A stretch of 64,000 bases of DNA, from NCBI RefSeq assembly GCF_009914755.1, contig NC_060925.1, one strand, 5' to 3'. The notes beneath the pieces were generated by a model, which was not told the DNA's origin, ran no database searches, and worked only from the letters and a program-made list of their open reading frames with translations. This document shows, one piece after another, positions 24,919-44,199 of the stretch; position 1 is the first letter of the stretch; the number at the start of each line of letters is the position of its first letter. The DNA comes from the human T2T-CHM13v2.0 reference genome, Homo sapiens. Made by a program: the position numbers and the translations under genes.

Positions 24919-25129
24919 CAGTAATTCTTAACTGGGGCATTTTTACTCCCCAGAGGACATTTGGCAAGGTCTGGAAACATTTTCAGTTGTCACTGGGGAG
25001 CTGCTAGGGGCATATAGTGAGTACAGACCAGGGATACTCATAAACATCCTACAGTGCACAAGATAGCCTCCCCACAACAATGAATTACCCAGTCCAAAAA
25101 ATCAATAGCACTGAGGTTGAGAAACCCTG
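24919..25129. mobile_element. MER20-like hAT-Charlie DNA transposon relic
   Basis: Termini CAGTAATTCTTAAC...GTTGAGAAACCCTG and internal GGACATTTGGCAA.GTCTGGA.ACATTTT. Confidence 0.8.
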
Positions 25130-25193
25130 CTATAGATTAGTCATCTTCAAAAAAATTCTGCACATATACCTGCTATAAATTAAATTTTTATAA

Positions 25194-25490
<297 letters not shown>

Positions 25491-25837
25491 TAGTCTCGAA
25501 CTCCTGGCCTCAAGTAATTCACCCGCCTCAGTCTCCCAAAGTGCTGGGATTACAGGTGTGAGCCACCGTACCCAGCCTCCAGTATATTTAATACTATCAT
25601 GAAAATTAACATGTTATAGCACTCTTCAAAGTGGACTCTAAACACCACAGCAATTTCACAGCCATCATGATCCACTGGAGAACAGATATGAAAGAACTAC
25701 TCTCTAAAATTCCACAATTTTACATCAATTTTAGGAAAGAGTGCACACTTAAAAGCTGAGAATTGGCTGGGCACAGTGGCTCATGCCTGTAATCCCAGCA
25801 CTCTGGGAGGCCAAGGCAGGAGGATCACTTGAGGTCA

Positions 25838-26059
<222 letters not shown>

Positions 26060-26752
26060 CTAGGCCGGGTGCAGCGGCTCATGCCTGTAATCCCAGCACT
26101 TTGGGAGGCCGAGGCAGGTGAATTGCTTGCAGCCAGGAGTTCAAGACCAGTCTGGCCAACATGGTGAAACCCATCTCTATCAAAAATACAAAAAATTAGC
26201 CAGGCGTGGTGACATGTGCCTGTGGTCCCAGCTACTCAGGAGGCTGAGGCAGGAGAATTGCTTGAGCCTGGGAGACATAGGTTGCAGTAAGCCACAATCA
26301 TGCCACTTACACTCCAGCCTGGGTAAGAGGACAAGACCCCCCGCAACTCAAAAACAAAAAAAAAAAAAAAAAAAAAGGAGGGGTCTGCAAAAGTATCTAT
26401 AAACACAGGTTTTTTTTCTCAAAAAGCAGCTTTAAATCTTTTCATATCCTCAAGCCAGTAAGTAGATTAAGTGTGCCAGAAAGCACAGTATTACTAGATT
26501 GTAGATCATTTTTCTCTACAAGTATCTACCTTGCACTTGCTTAGTCTGAAGCTGTCACTTTCTTGTCATACAGCCTTGTGAGATCTTCCTGCAGATTATC
26601 TAAAATCAGGTCTTAAAGAGACAGTTGCAATACAAGACACTTATTATGATACCAGCTGGGGATATTTTCCAATATACCTTGCCTAACAGAAATGCACTGT
26701 TTTTTTGAGATGACAGGTTTCTGTACAAAACTTTTAAAAACCAAATATTTCT

Positions 26753-27061
<309 letters not shown>

Positions 27062-27206
27062 AAAAACCAAATATTTCTAGGTGAGTTGAAAATGCCTGGT
27101 AAAAAATATTAAAAACTAAAGAGCCCTGGATGGGCGCAGTGGCTCACACCTGTAATCCCAGCACTTTGGGAGGCCGAGGTGGGTGGATCACCAGGTCAGG
27201 AGTTCA

Positions 27207-27604
<398 letters not shown>

Positions 27605-28295
27605 TAGAGACAGGTTTTCACCACGTTGCCCAAGCTGGTCTCAAACTCCTGGGCTCAAGCAATCCACCCATTTCGGCCTCCCAAAGGTGTGAGCCACCAT
27701 GCCCAGCCAACAGTATCTATTTTTCAACTAGATAGTACCAATTGTCCAAAATCTCATATTTTGAGAGTTTTAGTTTTCAATATTTAATCATTTCTAATAG
27801 CTGCTTTGTATACAACATAAAAAAGATGAAAGAGAGAAAAAAGCCCAACACTCCAGGATTAGATACTCAGGAAAGACACCATAGTGGAAAGAGGTACCAT
27901 CGTGACGGGAAAACCACATTGCAATGATTCAAGAATTTTGACATACATTTGAGCTACTTATTTCAAGGGATGAAAATTATATACTTGAGTGAAAAGAGGA
28001 TGAACTGTTGCTCCAAATAAGTAGACAGAAGACATGAGAAAATAATGAGAGAAACTCAGAATGATTTATTTGAAAAGATCGAGAACTCCAAAGAGCAGGA
28101 CTTTAGAACTAGACAGATTTGGATTTAAGTCCTGTCACTTAACTAGCATGTTCCTTCAAGAAAAATAAAACCTCTCTGAATCGTGTTTCCAATCTGTGAC
28201 ATGGGACATATCTTTTATACTCCTGTTATATACATTTAAAAAGCATACAGGCTGGGCATGGTAGCTCACGTCTCTAATCCCAGCACTTTGGATCA

Positions 28296-28908
<613 letters not shown>

Positions 28909-29209
28909 TGATCCACCCGCCTCGGCCTCCCAAAGTGCTGGGATTACAGGCATGAGCCACCACGCCCAGCCGAGCCCAGGAATTTAAGACAAGCCTGGGC
29001 AACATAGTGAGACTCTGTCTCTAAAGAAAAAAAAAATTAGCCAGGCATGGTGGCATGTGCCTGTAGTCCTAGCTACTCGGGAAGCTGAGGCAGGAAGATC
29101 TCTTGAGCCTAGGAGATCCAGGCTGCAGTAAGCTACGATCCTGCCATTGCACTACAGCCTGGGCGACAGAGTAAGGCCTCTCTCTACTCTCCGCCAACCC
29201 CCCAACAAA

Positions 29210-29473
29210 TATTATATACATATTTAATTTTATATATAATTATATAATTTTATATATAATTACATATATAATTTTATATATGTATATAATTATATATAAG
29301 TGTATAATTATATATAATTTTATATACATATATAATTATATATAATTTTATATACGTATATAATTATATATAATTTTATATATGTATATAATTATATATG
29401 TGTATAATTTTATATATGTATATAATTTTATATATGTATATAATTTTATATATATATATACACACACACACAC
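29210..29473. repeat. AT-rich minisatellite (14/28-bp unit TATATAATTATATATAATTTTATATAYR) ending in (AC)n
   Basis: Direct reading. Confidence 0.9.
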
Positions 29474-29996
29474 AAAAAGAGAGTTAGATTCCCCACTCTA
29501 GGAAATCAGAGAAATTCAACACTTCGAAGACTAAAAAAGAAATGAATATAACATTGTGAGTGGCTATAAAAATAACGTAAGATTTTATGATATGAAATTA
29601 ATCAATTCAAAAGAAGCCTACAACCCTAGAGTTTATTTGTTTAGACATACTTTATAATGATTTCATTTCATCCTTGTAAGAAAGAAGAACTTGTTAAGTA
29701 AGCAAATTCACAATATTTCTTTTTCTTTCCTTTCACAAACAGGAAAACTGAGGTTCTAAGAAATTAAATGAGTTGACTAAAAAGCAAATAATACTCTCTA
29801 AATCCTAGACTAAAACTCATTACCCTTAATCAATACTCTTTCCATTATATCATAATTATCCCATGCTAACACTGATTTCAGCAATAAGCAAAAATAAACA
29901 AATCAATATGACAAGATCAAACAAGCCAGTTATGGCCGGGCGCAGTGGCTCACGCCTGGAATCCCAGCACTTTGGGAGGCCGAGGCCAGCGGATCA

Positions 29997-30272
<276 letters not shown>

Positions 30273-30645
30273 CTAGTAGACAAAATTAAGCAACATGCTA
30301 TAAGCCTGAAAACTATTCAATTTGCAGTTTTCTTGCAAAAAGGTTTGGTTCTGACCAATGTCTAGGATTTAGATAATATCAATTCCAGCCAATAACTACA
30401 CAGTATTCATTATAAAAAGCAACAGTGTGGTTTTTTTTGTTTGACTGGTTTCTTTTTAGAGACAGGGTTTCACTCCGTTGCCCAAGATGGAGTGAAGTGG
30501 CATGATCACAGCTCACTGTAGCCTCGAAGTCCTGCGCTCAAGACATCCTCCAGCCTCAGACTACCAAATAGCCAGGATTACAGGCACACACCACCACCAC
30601 ACCTGGTATAGAAACCAGTGATGTTTTTCAAATACACAAATGTTA

Positions 30646-30979
<334 letters not shown>

Positions 30980-32267
30980 TTAGAAACCAGCTTGGGCAAC
31001 ACCGTAAAACCCCATCTCTACAAAAAAATGCAAAAATTAGCTGGGCGTGGTGAGGCTAAGGTGGGAGGATCACTTGAGCCTGGGAGGTGGAGGTTAGAGT
31101 GAGCAGAGATCCTGCGACCAAACTCCAGCCTGAGTGACAGAGTGAGACCCCATCTCCAAAAAAAAAAAAGAGAGAGAAAAATAAAGTTGGCAAGAGCCAA
31201 TCCCATCTCCATATTTTTGGCATTAAAAGAGTTCTCCTCTGAGAGTGCTAGGTTTGGAAAATAATCATTTTGCAACTATCAGAATAAAGAATAGTTGCAG
31301 GAACACTTTTTCCATTTTATGGAATGAGGTGTTGACCAGTCTATAAAAAAAGAATAGTTCAGGCCAGAATCATTAATGGGATGTAAATCTAGGGGTGGTA
31401 GGGGGATATCTGCATGGCCTTAATGAGCATCCCTTTAGATTATTTATAGTTGCAAAGAAAAAAATACTAACTATACAGTAGAAAAAGCTAAGTGATAAAC
31501 AATTAACATCACCAAGGAGAAAGAGATAGTTATCATATGCCCCCAGATGTGAGATGTTGGGAAGGACACTCCATCAATTATGTTACTTTACAGCGTGGAA
31601 TGTATATCCTAAGTCTAATCATAAGGAAATATCAGACAGTCCCAATGAGGAACATTCTATTAAAATAAAGGGAGGCTGTAGTCATCAAACATGTAAGTCA
31701 ATGCCATAAAAGACAAAGAAAGTTGTGGAAATGCACCAATTTAAAGAAAACTAAATGTAAAATCTGATTTTAGGATCCTGTACTGGGAGAAAATGCTAAA
31801 AAGGCATTATTTGGGTCATTTGATAAAATAAGAATATGGATTAAAGCATGTGTATTAATAAATTAAATTTACTAAAGTTGGTAACTGAACTGCATGTTAA
31901 GAAAATATTTCTATTTTCATTTTTTTGTTTTATTTTTTATTTATTTATTTTTTGGAGACAGGGTCTTGCTCTGTCGCCCAGGCTAGAGTGCACTGACACA
32001 ATCAGGGCTCACTGCAGCCTCACCTCTCTGACTCAGTTATCAGCCTCCCAAGTAGCTGGGACTACACATGTGCGTCACCATGCCTGGCTAGTTTTTTGTA
32101 GAGACGGGGTTTCACCACATAGCCCAGGCTGGTCTAGAACTCCTGGGTTCAAGTGATCTGCCCACCTAAGCCTCCCAAAGTGCTGGGATTACAGGCATGG
32201 GCCACCACATCTGACCTGGAACATCTCTACAGAAAAACACAAAAGTATTTCTAGTGGCAGAAAAAAG

Positions 32268-32276
<9 letters not shown>

Positions 32277-32302
<26 letters not shown>
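32277..32302. repeat. (AG)n microsatellite
   Basis: Direct reading. Confidence 0.9.
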
Positions 32303-32380
32303 TATGTTAACAATTGGTCAATCTGGGTAAAGGGTATATGGATGGAGTTTTGTGGGTTTTTTTGTTTTTGTTTGTTTTGA

Positions 32381-32542
<162 letters not shown>

Positions 32543-33093
32543 TAGTAGAGACGGGGTTTCTCCATGTTGGTGGGGCTGGTCTTGAACTCCTGACCTCAGG
32601 TGACCCACCTGCCTCGGCCTCCCCAAGTGCTGAGATTACAGGCATGAGCCACCACGCTCAGCCTAGGGTGGAGTGCTTTATACTACTCTTATTCTTCTAA
32701 CTTTTCGGTAGGTTTGAAACTATCGCCAAATAAAAAGATAAAAAATAATATACTGTTTGCAACACTAATTTACAGTCAGAAGTTAGAATAAATAGTGGTT
32801 ACCCACTGAGGCAGAGTAGTGACTATAAAAGACTATGAAGAGGGCTTCTGCCATGTTGATAATGTTGTTTCTTGATCTGGAAGCATTCACAGGTGTGTCG
32901 TTTGTGAAAATCATCTGAATTATACTTAGATGCACTTTTCTGTAAACATACTATACTTTAATACAAACTTAAGAAAATAAAGAAGACTTCTGTCAAAAGA
33001 CCATAGCAAAATTTTCTGGAAGTGAAATCTAAATATTTTTTGTATTTCAGTGATAGAAAAATTGAAAATACTTGCTGATATATGTGTATGTAA

Positions 33094-33516
<423 letters not shown>

Positions 33517-33898
33517 TAAATGAACAAATTCTCAATCAATAACAATATTTTGTAATATAAATTGTCTTAATAAAGTAAATTTAGTTTTAAATTATTCATT
33601 ACCAATAAATACTTTCTCAATAAACAAATGCACTTATTGAATGATACTGAGCTAACCAAGAACCATTTTAAGATCACATCAATTTATTGTCATAGATGAA
33701 TTTCCTTTGCCTTTTGTCCCAATTCCTACTCACTAGCCCCAAACTCCCCTCTGTAAAACACTGCTCACGTTCATCCCTACCCAAACATTAGTTTATGAAA
33801 ATTGAACAGCCAGGTGTGGTGGCTCATGTCTGTAATCCCAGCACTTTGGAAAGCCAAGCAGGTGGATCGCTTGAGCCCAGGAGTTCCAGACCAGCCTA

Positions 33899-34475
<577 letters not shown>

Positions 34476-34819
34476 TCATATACTCAGTGAAAAAAACAAA
34501 GGAAAAATAATTTTGGCTGGAAGAATGAGAGAGATCACTTAACTCACACTTTTCACAACTCTTAATATTTTTCTCCTATGTTAGAACCAAAAAGCATGTT
34601 TCATGAGCTATTTTGATATCTGTCTCTGATCAGGAGTTAGAATTGATTCACCATAGTTAGTCCATGAGCTTTTGTGTGTTTTAAAAAAGGCAATTAGCCA
34701 GGCACAGTGGCTCATGCCTGTCATCCCACCACTTTAGGAGACCAAAGCAAGAGAACTGCTTGAGCCTATGAGTTCAAGACGAGGCTGGACAATATAGGGA
34801 GACCCTCATCTCTACAGCT

Positions 34820-34850
<31 letters not shown>

Positions 34851-34976
34851 AGGGAGCCAGTCCTGGTGGTTCATGCCTGTAAACCCAGCACTTTTTTTGG
34901 GAGGCCCAGGCAGGCAGATTGCTTGAACCCAAGAGTTTGAGACCAGCCTGGGCAACATGACGAAACCTTGTCTCTA

Positions 34977-35472
<496 letters not shown>

Positions 35473-36581
35473 TGATCCACCCGCCTTGGCCTCCCAAAGT
35501 GCTCGGATTACAGGTGTGAGCCACCATGCCTGGCCATTTAAAGGAACTTTGTAAGTAATCCTTTCCTTTGTAGTTAACTTATAAATATCCTTTGATTTGC
35601 CTGTTTTACACTTTGAAGTTGTTTATATCATAGTTTTCAGAATACAGAATAGAGTTACACATAAAGAAGAGTTAGTTCTCAAATAGTTGTTTCAATCATT
35701 CATATGAAAGATGCTAGAAATCTGTGAATACTAGTGTAACTCAAGCATCTCACTTCATACTGGGAAGCTGGCAGCCAGCTGTCTCAAAAATAAAAATAAA
35801 AAAAGTATTTTTCTCGCCTAGAGGGTTGTTTTGTATATATGGAGATTTCAAAGGAAATGACACAACTAAAAAGAATTTCTATCCCAAAAGAAGTCTGCCC
35901 TCCTGCCCTCCAGTTAGGTGTCCTCTGGAATAAAATGTTGAATCCACTTAAGAATTATTGATAAATAAATTCATAAACATGTAAAAAATCATTTTGGTGC
36001 CAACTGAATGTTAAATACACACACATAAACACATACCCCAAATCAAATAAATATAATCAAATATAAACCAAAGTAATATAATCAAAGTAATAGAAATGAC
36101 ATTTATCAAAGTGACATAAACGATAGTGATGAAGTTGCTGGGAAGCAGAAAGGACTTGTAGGTATTATGGCACTAGCCAAGAACTATCAGGTAAGTATTC
36201 ATAGATGATATAAGTGGAGAGCTAAAGGAAAATAAAAGGAAGACTTTCCATGTGAGGGAATGATATGCTTATTAATTTGGGGAAAATAAAGTATATAAAA
36301 TATAAGTACACTTGCCTAACTGAATCTGGGAACATCCACGTCCAGCCCTATTATTGTTTATATGGTGAAATTTCACCATTTCAGAACAAGTAAGATTCTT
36401 TTTTAAATTAAATACTGACAACCTCTAGGTAGTTCTCCAGTTTTAAGTTACTCTGGAAACTGAATAATAATGTTATCATTTAGAAAAAATGCATTTATTA
36501 ATTGCCTTTAGTGATCATACATTGACCTATGAAATAATGTTTTTAAAATTATTTTTAAAGACATGTTTCTTGAAGTCTTAC

Positions 36582-36655
36582 CATGAGCTGTGTAGTTTGT
36601 ACAGTTAACTGGTTCTTGCGTAGCGTCATTTATTTTTGGATCTTTACAAATATAT
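36582..36655 (-). CDS. TM2D1: TM2D1 exon 2 (Q-YICKDPKINDATQEPVNCTNYTAH)
   Basis: 74 nt; preceded by U12 branch site TTTCCTTAAC and AC acceptor, followed by G|GTAAGA donor; frame continuous with exons 1 and 3; N-glycosylation sequons NCT and NYT. Confidence 0.96.
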
Positions 36656-37825
<1,170 letters not shown>

Positions 37826-37989
37826 TGTCCCACTTTGAGGTCCTCGCACTTAAGCGACTCCTCGCCCCCGGCGGAGGTGGCAACAGCCCCCCAGGGTCCT
37901 GTAGTGACTGAGACGAACCACAGGACACCAACGAGTCTGGCCGTCACGGCCTCCGGAGCAGACGGACCAGACGGCCAGGCGGCCGCCAT
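37826..37989 (-). CDS. TM2D1: TM2D1 coding exon 1 (signal-peptide-like N-terminus; MAAAWPSG...CEDLKVG + 2 nt)
   Basis: ATG at 37989-37987 in strong Kozak context (AAGATGG); translation matches the TM2D1/BBP N-terminus as I recall it; 164 nt ending GGACA, directly followed by U12 donor ATATCCTC. Confidence 0.97.
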
Positions 37990-38892
37990 CTTGGAGACCG
38001 ACACTTTCTCGCCACTTCCGCTTCCGCCTCCGCCCAGGAGCGGGAGGGAGAAGGGCAACAGGGCGAGGTTCTTAAAGGGACCTCGCATAGGATAGAGGCC
38101 AGTTCCGTCTCTTCGCGTGTTCTTCTGCCCGTGAGCCCGTGGAATCACATTGGGAGACCCTTTTAAAATATGCATGTACCCAGTCCCTCGAGGCGAATTT
38201 TCCCCCACGAACCCTTGGAAGGAGCTAAGGTTAATCTTTGAGTGCTGGAGGAAGGAAACGAGTGGTTTAGGCAATCAGGTGCTTCACCCGCTTCTCATTC
38301 CCGCGCCCTTAGCTGAGGCTTCTCGGTCCTCTGAAAGTGCCAGCGGCGTCAGAGGTTGGAATCAATGCTTTCCTGACATCATCGCAGTTAGCCCTGATAG
38401 GTTTTGGGTTTACAGATAAGGAACAAGGCTCAAAGACGCTGAAACACACTGACCTTAATCACTAAGTGACTCAGTCGGAATGAAATTGATGTTTGCCAGA
38501 TTTCAGATCTATGCTCTTACTAATTGACATAATGTCCTCCTGTAACTTTAGAGAAGGATTTTGGAAGGCTGCCACGAACAGAACTTAAAAACTGTGAGAG
38601 ACATTACGCCTTTTAAAAAAAAAAAGTGACAATTTAGGTGGGGGATAATTTGGGGGGTGGAAACTGTAACAAGAGGAAACCAAATAGTTTATGATTAAGT
38701 GAAAAGTTGAAGATTTTTTTTCCTCCATCTGTTGTTTTTAAATTTCTATATGTTCTAAAAGTTCTGTGGTGGGGAACTTTAACAGTGAGGAAAAAATGTT
38801 TTCGTAAAGTTAAGTTTAATCTTTTTTTTGTCTAACAATATAAAAATTTGAACTTGAGTGGTGCTTCTTCATCCATACTTTAGCACTAACTT

Positions 38893-39078
38893 TGGTGGTT
38901 CTCAAACTTTGAATAGCATCTGAATCACCTGTAGTAGTTATTAAAACAGAATGATAGAACCGGCACTCAGAGTTTCTGATACAAAAGATGTAGGGAGGGA
39001 CTGGATAATTTCCATTTCTAGGAGATCCCAAGGGATGTGGGTGTTGCTAGTCCAGGGACCCCCACTTTGAGAACACTG
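38893..39078. mobile_element. MER5A-like hAT-Charlie MITE
   Basis: Termini GTGGTTCTCAAACTT...ACTTTGAGAACACTG, internal GCATC.GAATCACCTG; about 186 bp. Confidence 0.82.
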
Positions 39079-39484
39079 GTATAATGTTTTACGAGAAGTA
39101 AATTTTTTTTTTTAAGATGGAATCTCTCTCTGCCACCCAGGCTGGAGTACAGTGGCAGAATCTCAGCTCACTGCAACCTCTGCCTTCTGGTTCAAGTGAT
39201 TCGCCTGCCTCAACCTCCTGAGTAGCTGGGACTGCACGCGTGCGCCACCACGCTCAGCTAATTTTTGTATTTTTAGTAAAGACAGGGTTTCACCATTTTG
39301 GCCAGGCTGGTCTCGAACTCCTGGCCTAAGTGATCTGCCCGCCTCTGCCTCCTAAAGTGCTGGGATTTCAGGTGTGAGGCCACACTGTGCCTGGCCTCAT
39401 TTTGGAATATATATTCTGGAAGACATACAACTATTTGAAGTAATATTTAAACATAAACTACGTTTTTAAATTTTCTTTTTTTGA

Positions 39485-39667
<183 letters not shown>

Positions 39668-39794
39668 TGAGCAGGCTGGTCTCGAACTCATGACTTAAGG
39701 TGATCCACCCGCCTCTGCCTCCCAAAGTGCTGGGATTACAGGCGCGAGCCACGGCGCCTGGCCCTAAAATTTTCATAATAAAACAACTTTGTAG

Positions 39795-39950
<156 letters not shown>

Positions 39951-40078
39951 TGAGTAGCTGGAATTACAGCCATGAGTCACCACGCCTGGCTAATTTTGTA
40001 TTTTTAGTAGAGACGGGGTTTCTCCATGTTGATCAGGCTAGTCTCCAACTTCCGACCTCAGGTGATCCACCCGTCTGA

Positions 40079-40297
<219 letters not shown>

Positions 40298-41613
40298 TAG
40301 TAGAGACAGGATTTCACCATGTTGGTCAGGCTAGTCTCGAACTCCTGACCTCGTGATCCGCCCGCCTTGGCTTCCCAAAGTGCTGGAATACAGGCGTGAG
40401 CCACCGCGCCCCGCCGCTATTTTTAATTTAAGACATTTATACATAATATTTATGCTTTAAATCAGGTTTAAATGATTTAAGTGAAAAATTTAGTAGTTCA
40501 GTTATAAACTTCCTATTCTAAATGGACTTCTTCCTTCTCTCTTTTTTCTTCCTTCGTTTTTCCTTTCTTTCCTTTTTTTCCGTCCTCCCTCTCCCTCCAA
40601 AAAGGAAAAAAAAATTGTTTTTAATTGAGCATTTACTATGTACTCAGCATGAAGCTAGACCCTAGACTCAAAAATTTAGACAAAAACCCTGCAGGTAAGC
40701 ACTTCCTGTTTGGTAAGGGAAAATACAAACAGTTAAATACTATTTGATAAGTGTTTGATAATTGTTACATTAGAAGCACATACTAGCTACTGTAGTAGGA
40801 CAATGGGTTTGCTTAAGATATTCCTCCTGTGCCTGGCGTGGTGGCTCAAGCCTGTAATCCTAGCACTTTGGAAGGCCAAGGAAGGCAGATGGCTTGAACA
40901 AAAAAAAGAAAAGAAAAAGAAACATTTAAAAAAGATTCTCCCAAAATAGTAGTTGAAACGCTATATTTTTGTAGGATACATGACTGCTTAAAAAGGTATA
41001 GCCTAGGGCTGGGCGCAGTGGCTCACACTTGTATTCCCAGCACTTTGGGAAACCAAGGTGGGCGGATCGTGATGTCAGGAGATCAAGACCATCCTGGCTA
41101 ACACGGTGAAACCCTGACTCTGCTAAAAATACAAACAATTAGCCCGGCGTGGTGGGACGCGCCTATAGTCCCAGCTACTCCAGAGGCTGAGGTAGGAGAA
41201 TCACTTGAACCCGGGAGGCGGAGGTTGCAGTGTATAGCCTAGAAAACGAACCTTTAAACTTTTACTTAGGCCAGGCGTGGTCACTCAGCCTGTAATCCCA
41301 GCACTTTGGGAGGCCGAGGCAGGCAGATAACCTGAGGTCAGGAGATCAAGACCATCCTGGCTAACGTGGTGAAACTCTGTCTCTACTAAAACAAAAATTA
41401 GCCCTGCGTGGAGAGGGCGCCTGTAGTCCCAGCTACTCTGGAGGCTGAGGCAGGAGAATCGCTTGAACCCGGGAGGCAGAGGTTGCTGTGAACCCAGGTC
41501 TGCCATTGCACTCCAGCCTGGGTAACGAGCTAAATTCCGTCTCAAAAAAACAGATAAAAAAACAAAAAAACCTTGAATTTAAAAAACAAAAACCGGCCGG
41601 GTGCAGTGGCTCA

Positions 41614-41947
<334 letters not shown>

Positions 41948-42031
41948 TCAAATGTACAATATACAGCTCAACACCATCCCTCAGCCCTATTCTGAGATGA
42001 AATTTATGACATGGTTACGAGGCAAGGATTA

Positions 42032-42214
<183 letters not shown>

Positions 42215-43196
42215 TCAGGAGGCTGCGGCAGGAGAATTGTTGAACCCGGTAGGTGGAGGTTGCGGTGAGCCAAGATCACACCATTGCACTCCAGCCTGGG
42301 CAACAAGAGCAAAACTCTTCTCAAAAAAAAAAAAAAAAATCTGTCAAAGGCAAAATTACAACAAATTCAGTTATATATCTAATTAACTTTTAGTCACAAT
42401 TCAAGGAGTGGGGCAGCCTTCATTCTATACACTAGAAAGAAAACTCCCGCTGGGCAATAATAAAACACTGGGTTTTGTAAGGTGGGAACAAAGAAACAGC
42501 AACAGAAAAATTCGCGGTTGGAGGCTGGGCATGGTGGCTCCCCAACACTTCGGGAGCCCAATGTGGAAGGATCACTTGAGTCCAGGAGTTTGAGTTCTAA
42601 GACCAGCCTGGACAGCATAGACTCCATCTCTACAAAAAGCAAAAAATTGCCTGGGCATGCCTCTAGTCCTAGCTACTAAAGAGGCTGAGCCTGGAGAATC
42701 AGGTGAGCCCAGGAGTTCAAGGCTGCAGTGAGCCATGATTGTGCCACTGCACTCCAGGCTGGGCAATAGCACAAGTCCCTGTCTCCAAAAAAAAAGTGGG
42801 GAGGAGGAGGGAGAGGAGGAGGAGAAAAAAGAAAAAGAAGGGGTTTGTAGGGTTTTTTGTAAGGGTTAAAGCAGAGGGGACTTCCTTGTTATGGAGACTC
42901 AAGTAGACTGGAATCTCCTGCTTTCAGGAAAAATTGGTCTGTTTGGGGATCTATCTGCTTCCTTAAACCTTCAGTTGAGCATGTGGCTTTTAGCATGAGT
43001 GAATCCATTTTGGTTTGATCTGGTATTTGGGGGCCTAGTGCAGGAGCTCAGTTTGAAACAATGGCCTCCCATAATTTTTGTTTAAGAAATCCAAGACTAA
43101 GGATCAGAATATCTGTTACACATATTACCTGGTAATAAAAGACAGTAACTTTGCATTTTGACTACCATTTTGATGCTTTTAGAATGTTCTGGTTTG

Positions 43197-44077
43197 GAAT
43201 CTATAAAGAACTTAAACAAATTTACAAGAAAAAAAACAACTCCATCAAAAAGTGGGCCAAGAGTATGAACAGACATTTCTTAAAAGAAGATATTTATGTG
43301 GCCAACAAACATATGAAAAAAAGCTCATCATCACCGGTCATTAGAGAAATGCAAATCAAAACCACAGTGAAATACCATCTCACGCCAGTTAGAATGGCGA
43401 TCATTAAAAAGTCCGGAAACAAAAGATGCTGGAGAGGATGTGGAGAAATAGGAGTGCTTTTACACTGTTGGTGGGAGTGTAAATTAGTTCAACCATTGTG
43501 GAAGACAGAGTGGCGATTCCTCAAAGATCTAGAAACAGAAATACTATTTGACCCAGCAATCCCATTACTGGGTATATACCCAAAGCATTATAAATCATTC
43601 TACTGTAAAGACACATGCACACATATGTTTATTGTGGCACTTTTCACAATAGCAAAGACTTGGAACCAACCCAAATGCCCATCAATGATAGACTAGATGA
43701 AGAAAATGTGACACATATACACCATGGAATACTATGCAGCCTTAAAAAAGGATGAGTTCATGTCATTTGCAGGGACATAGGTGAAGCTGGAAATCATCAT
43801 TCTCAGCAAACTAACACTGGAACAGAAAACCAAACACTGCATGTTCTCACTCACAAGTGGGAGTTGAACAATGAGAACACATGGACACAGGGAGGGGAAC
43901 ATTACACACTGGGGCTGTCAGGGGGTGGGGGGCTAGGGGAGGGAGCGCATTAGGAGAAATACTTAATGTAGATGACAGGTTGATGGGTGCAGCAAACCAC
44001 CATGGCACGTGTATACCTATGTAACAAACCTGCACGTTCTGCACATATATCCCAGAACTTAAAGTACAATAATTTTT
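43197..44077 (+). mobile_element. 5'-truncated primate L1 (L1PA-type): ORF2 C-terminus + 3'UTR
   Basis: Translation [12 protein letters not shown]...[14 protein letters not shown]...[10 protein letters not shown] matches the L1 ORF2p Cys-rich tail; G-rich 3'UTR at 43920-43945; ends CCCAGAACTTAAAGTACAATAA. Confidence 0.95.
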
Positions 44078-44090
44078 AAAAATGTGATTG

Positions 44091-44199
44091 GCGCTTGAAC
44101 CCGGGAGGTGGAGGTTGCAGTGAGCAGAGATTGTGCCACTGCACTCTGGCCTGGGTGACAGAGCGAGCCTCCGTCTCAAAAACAAACAAATGAACAAAC
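44091..44199 (+). mobile_element. 5'-truncated Alu (right arm) with own 13-bp TSD
   Basis: TSD AAAAATGTGATTG at 44078-44090 and 44200-44212. Confidence 0.88.

Noticed and set aside
43151-43696. 181-aa ORF
   Set aside because: C-terminal remnant of L1 ORF2 in a 5'-truncated copy ending in a premature stop; not a gene.
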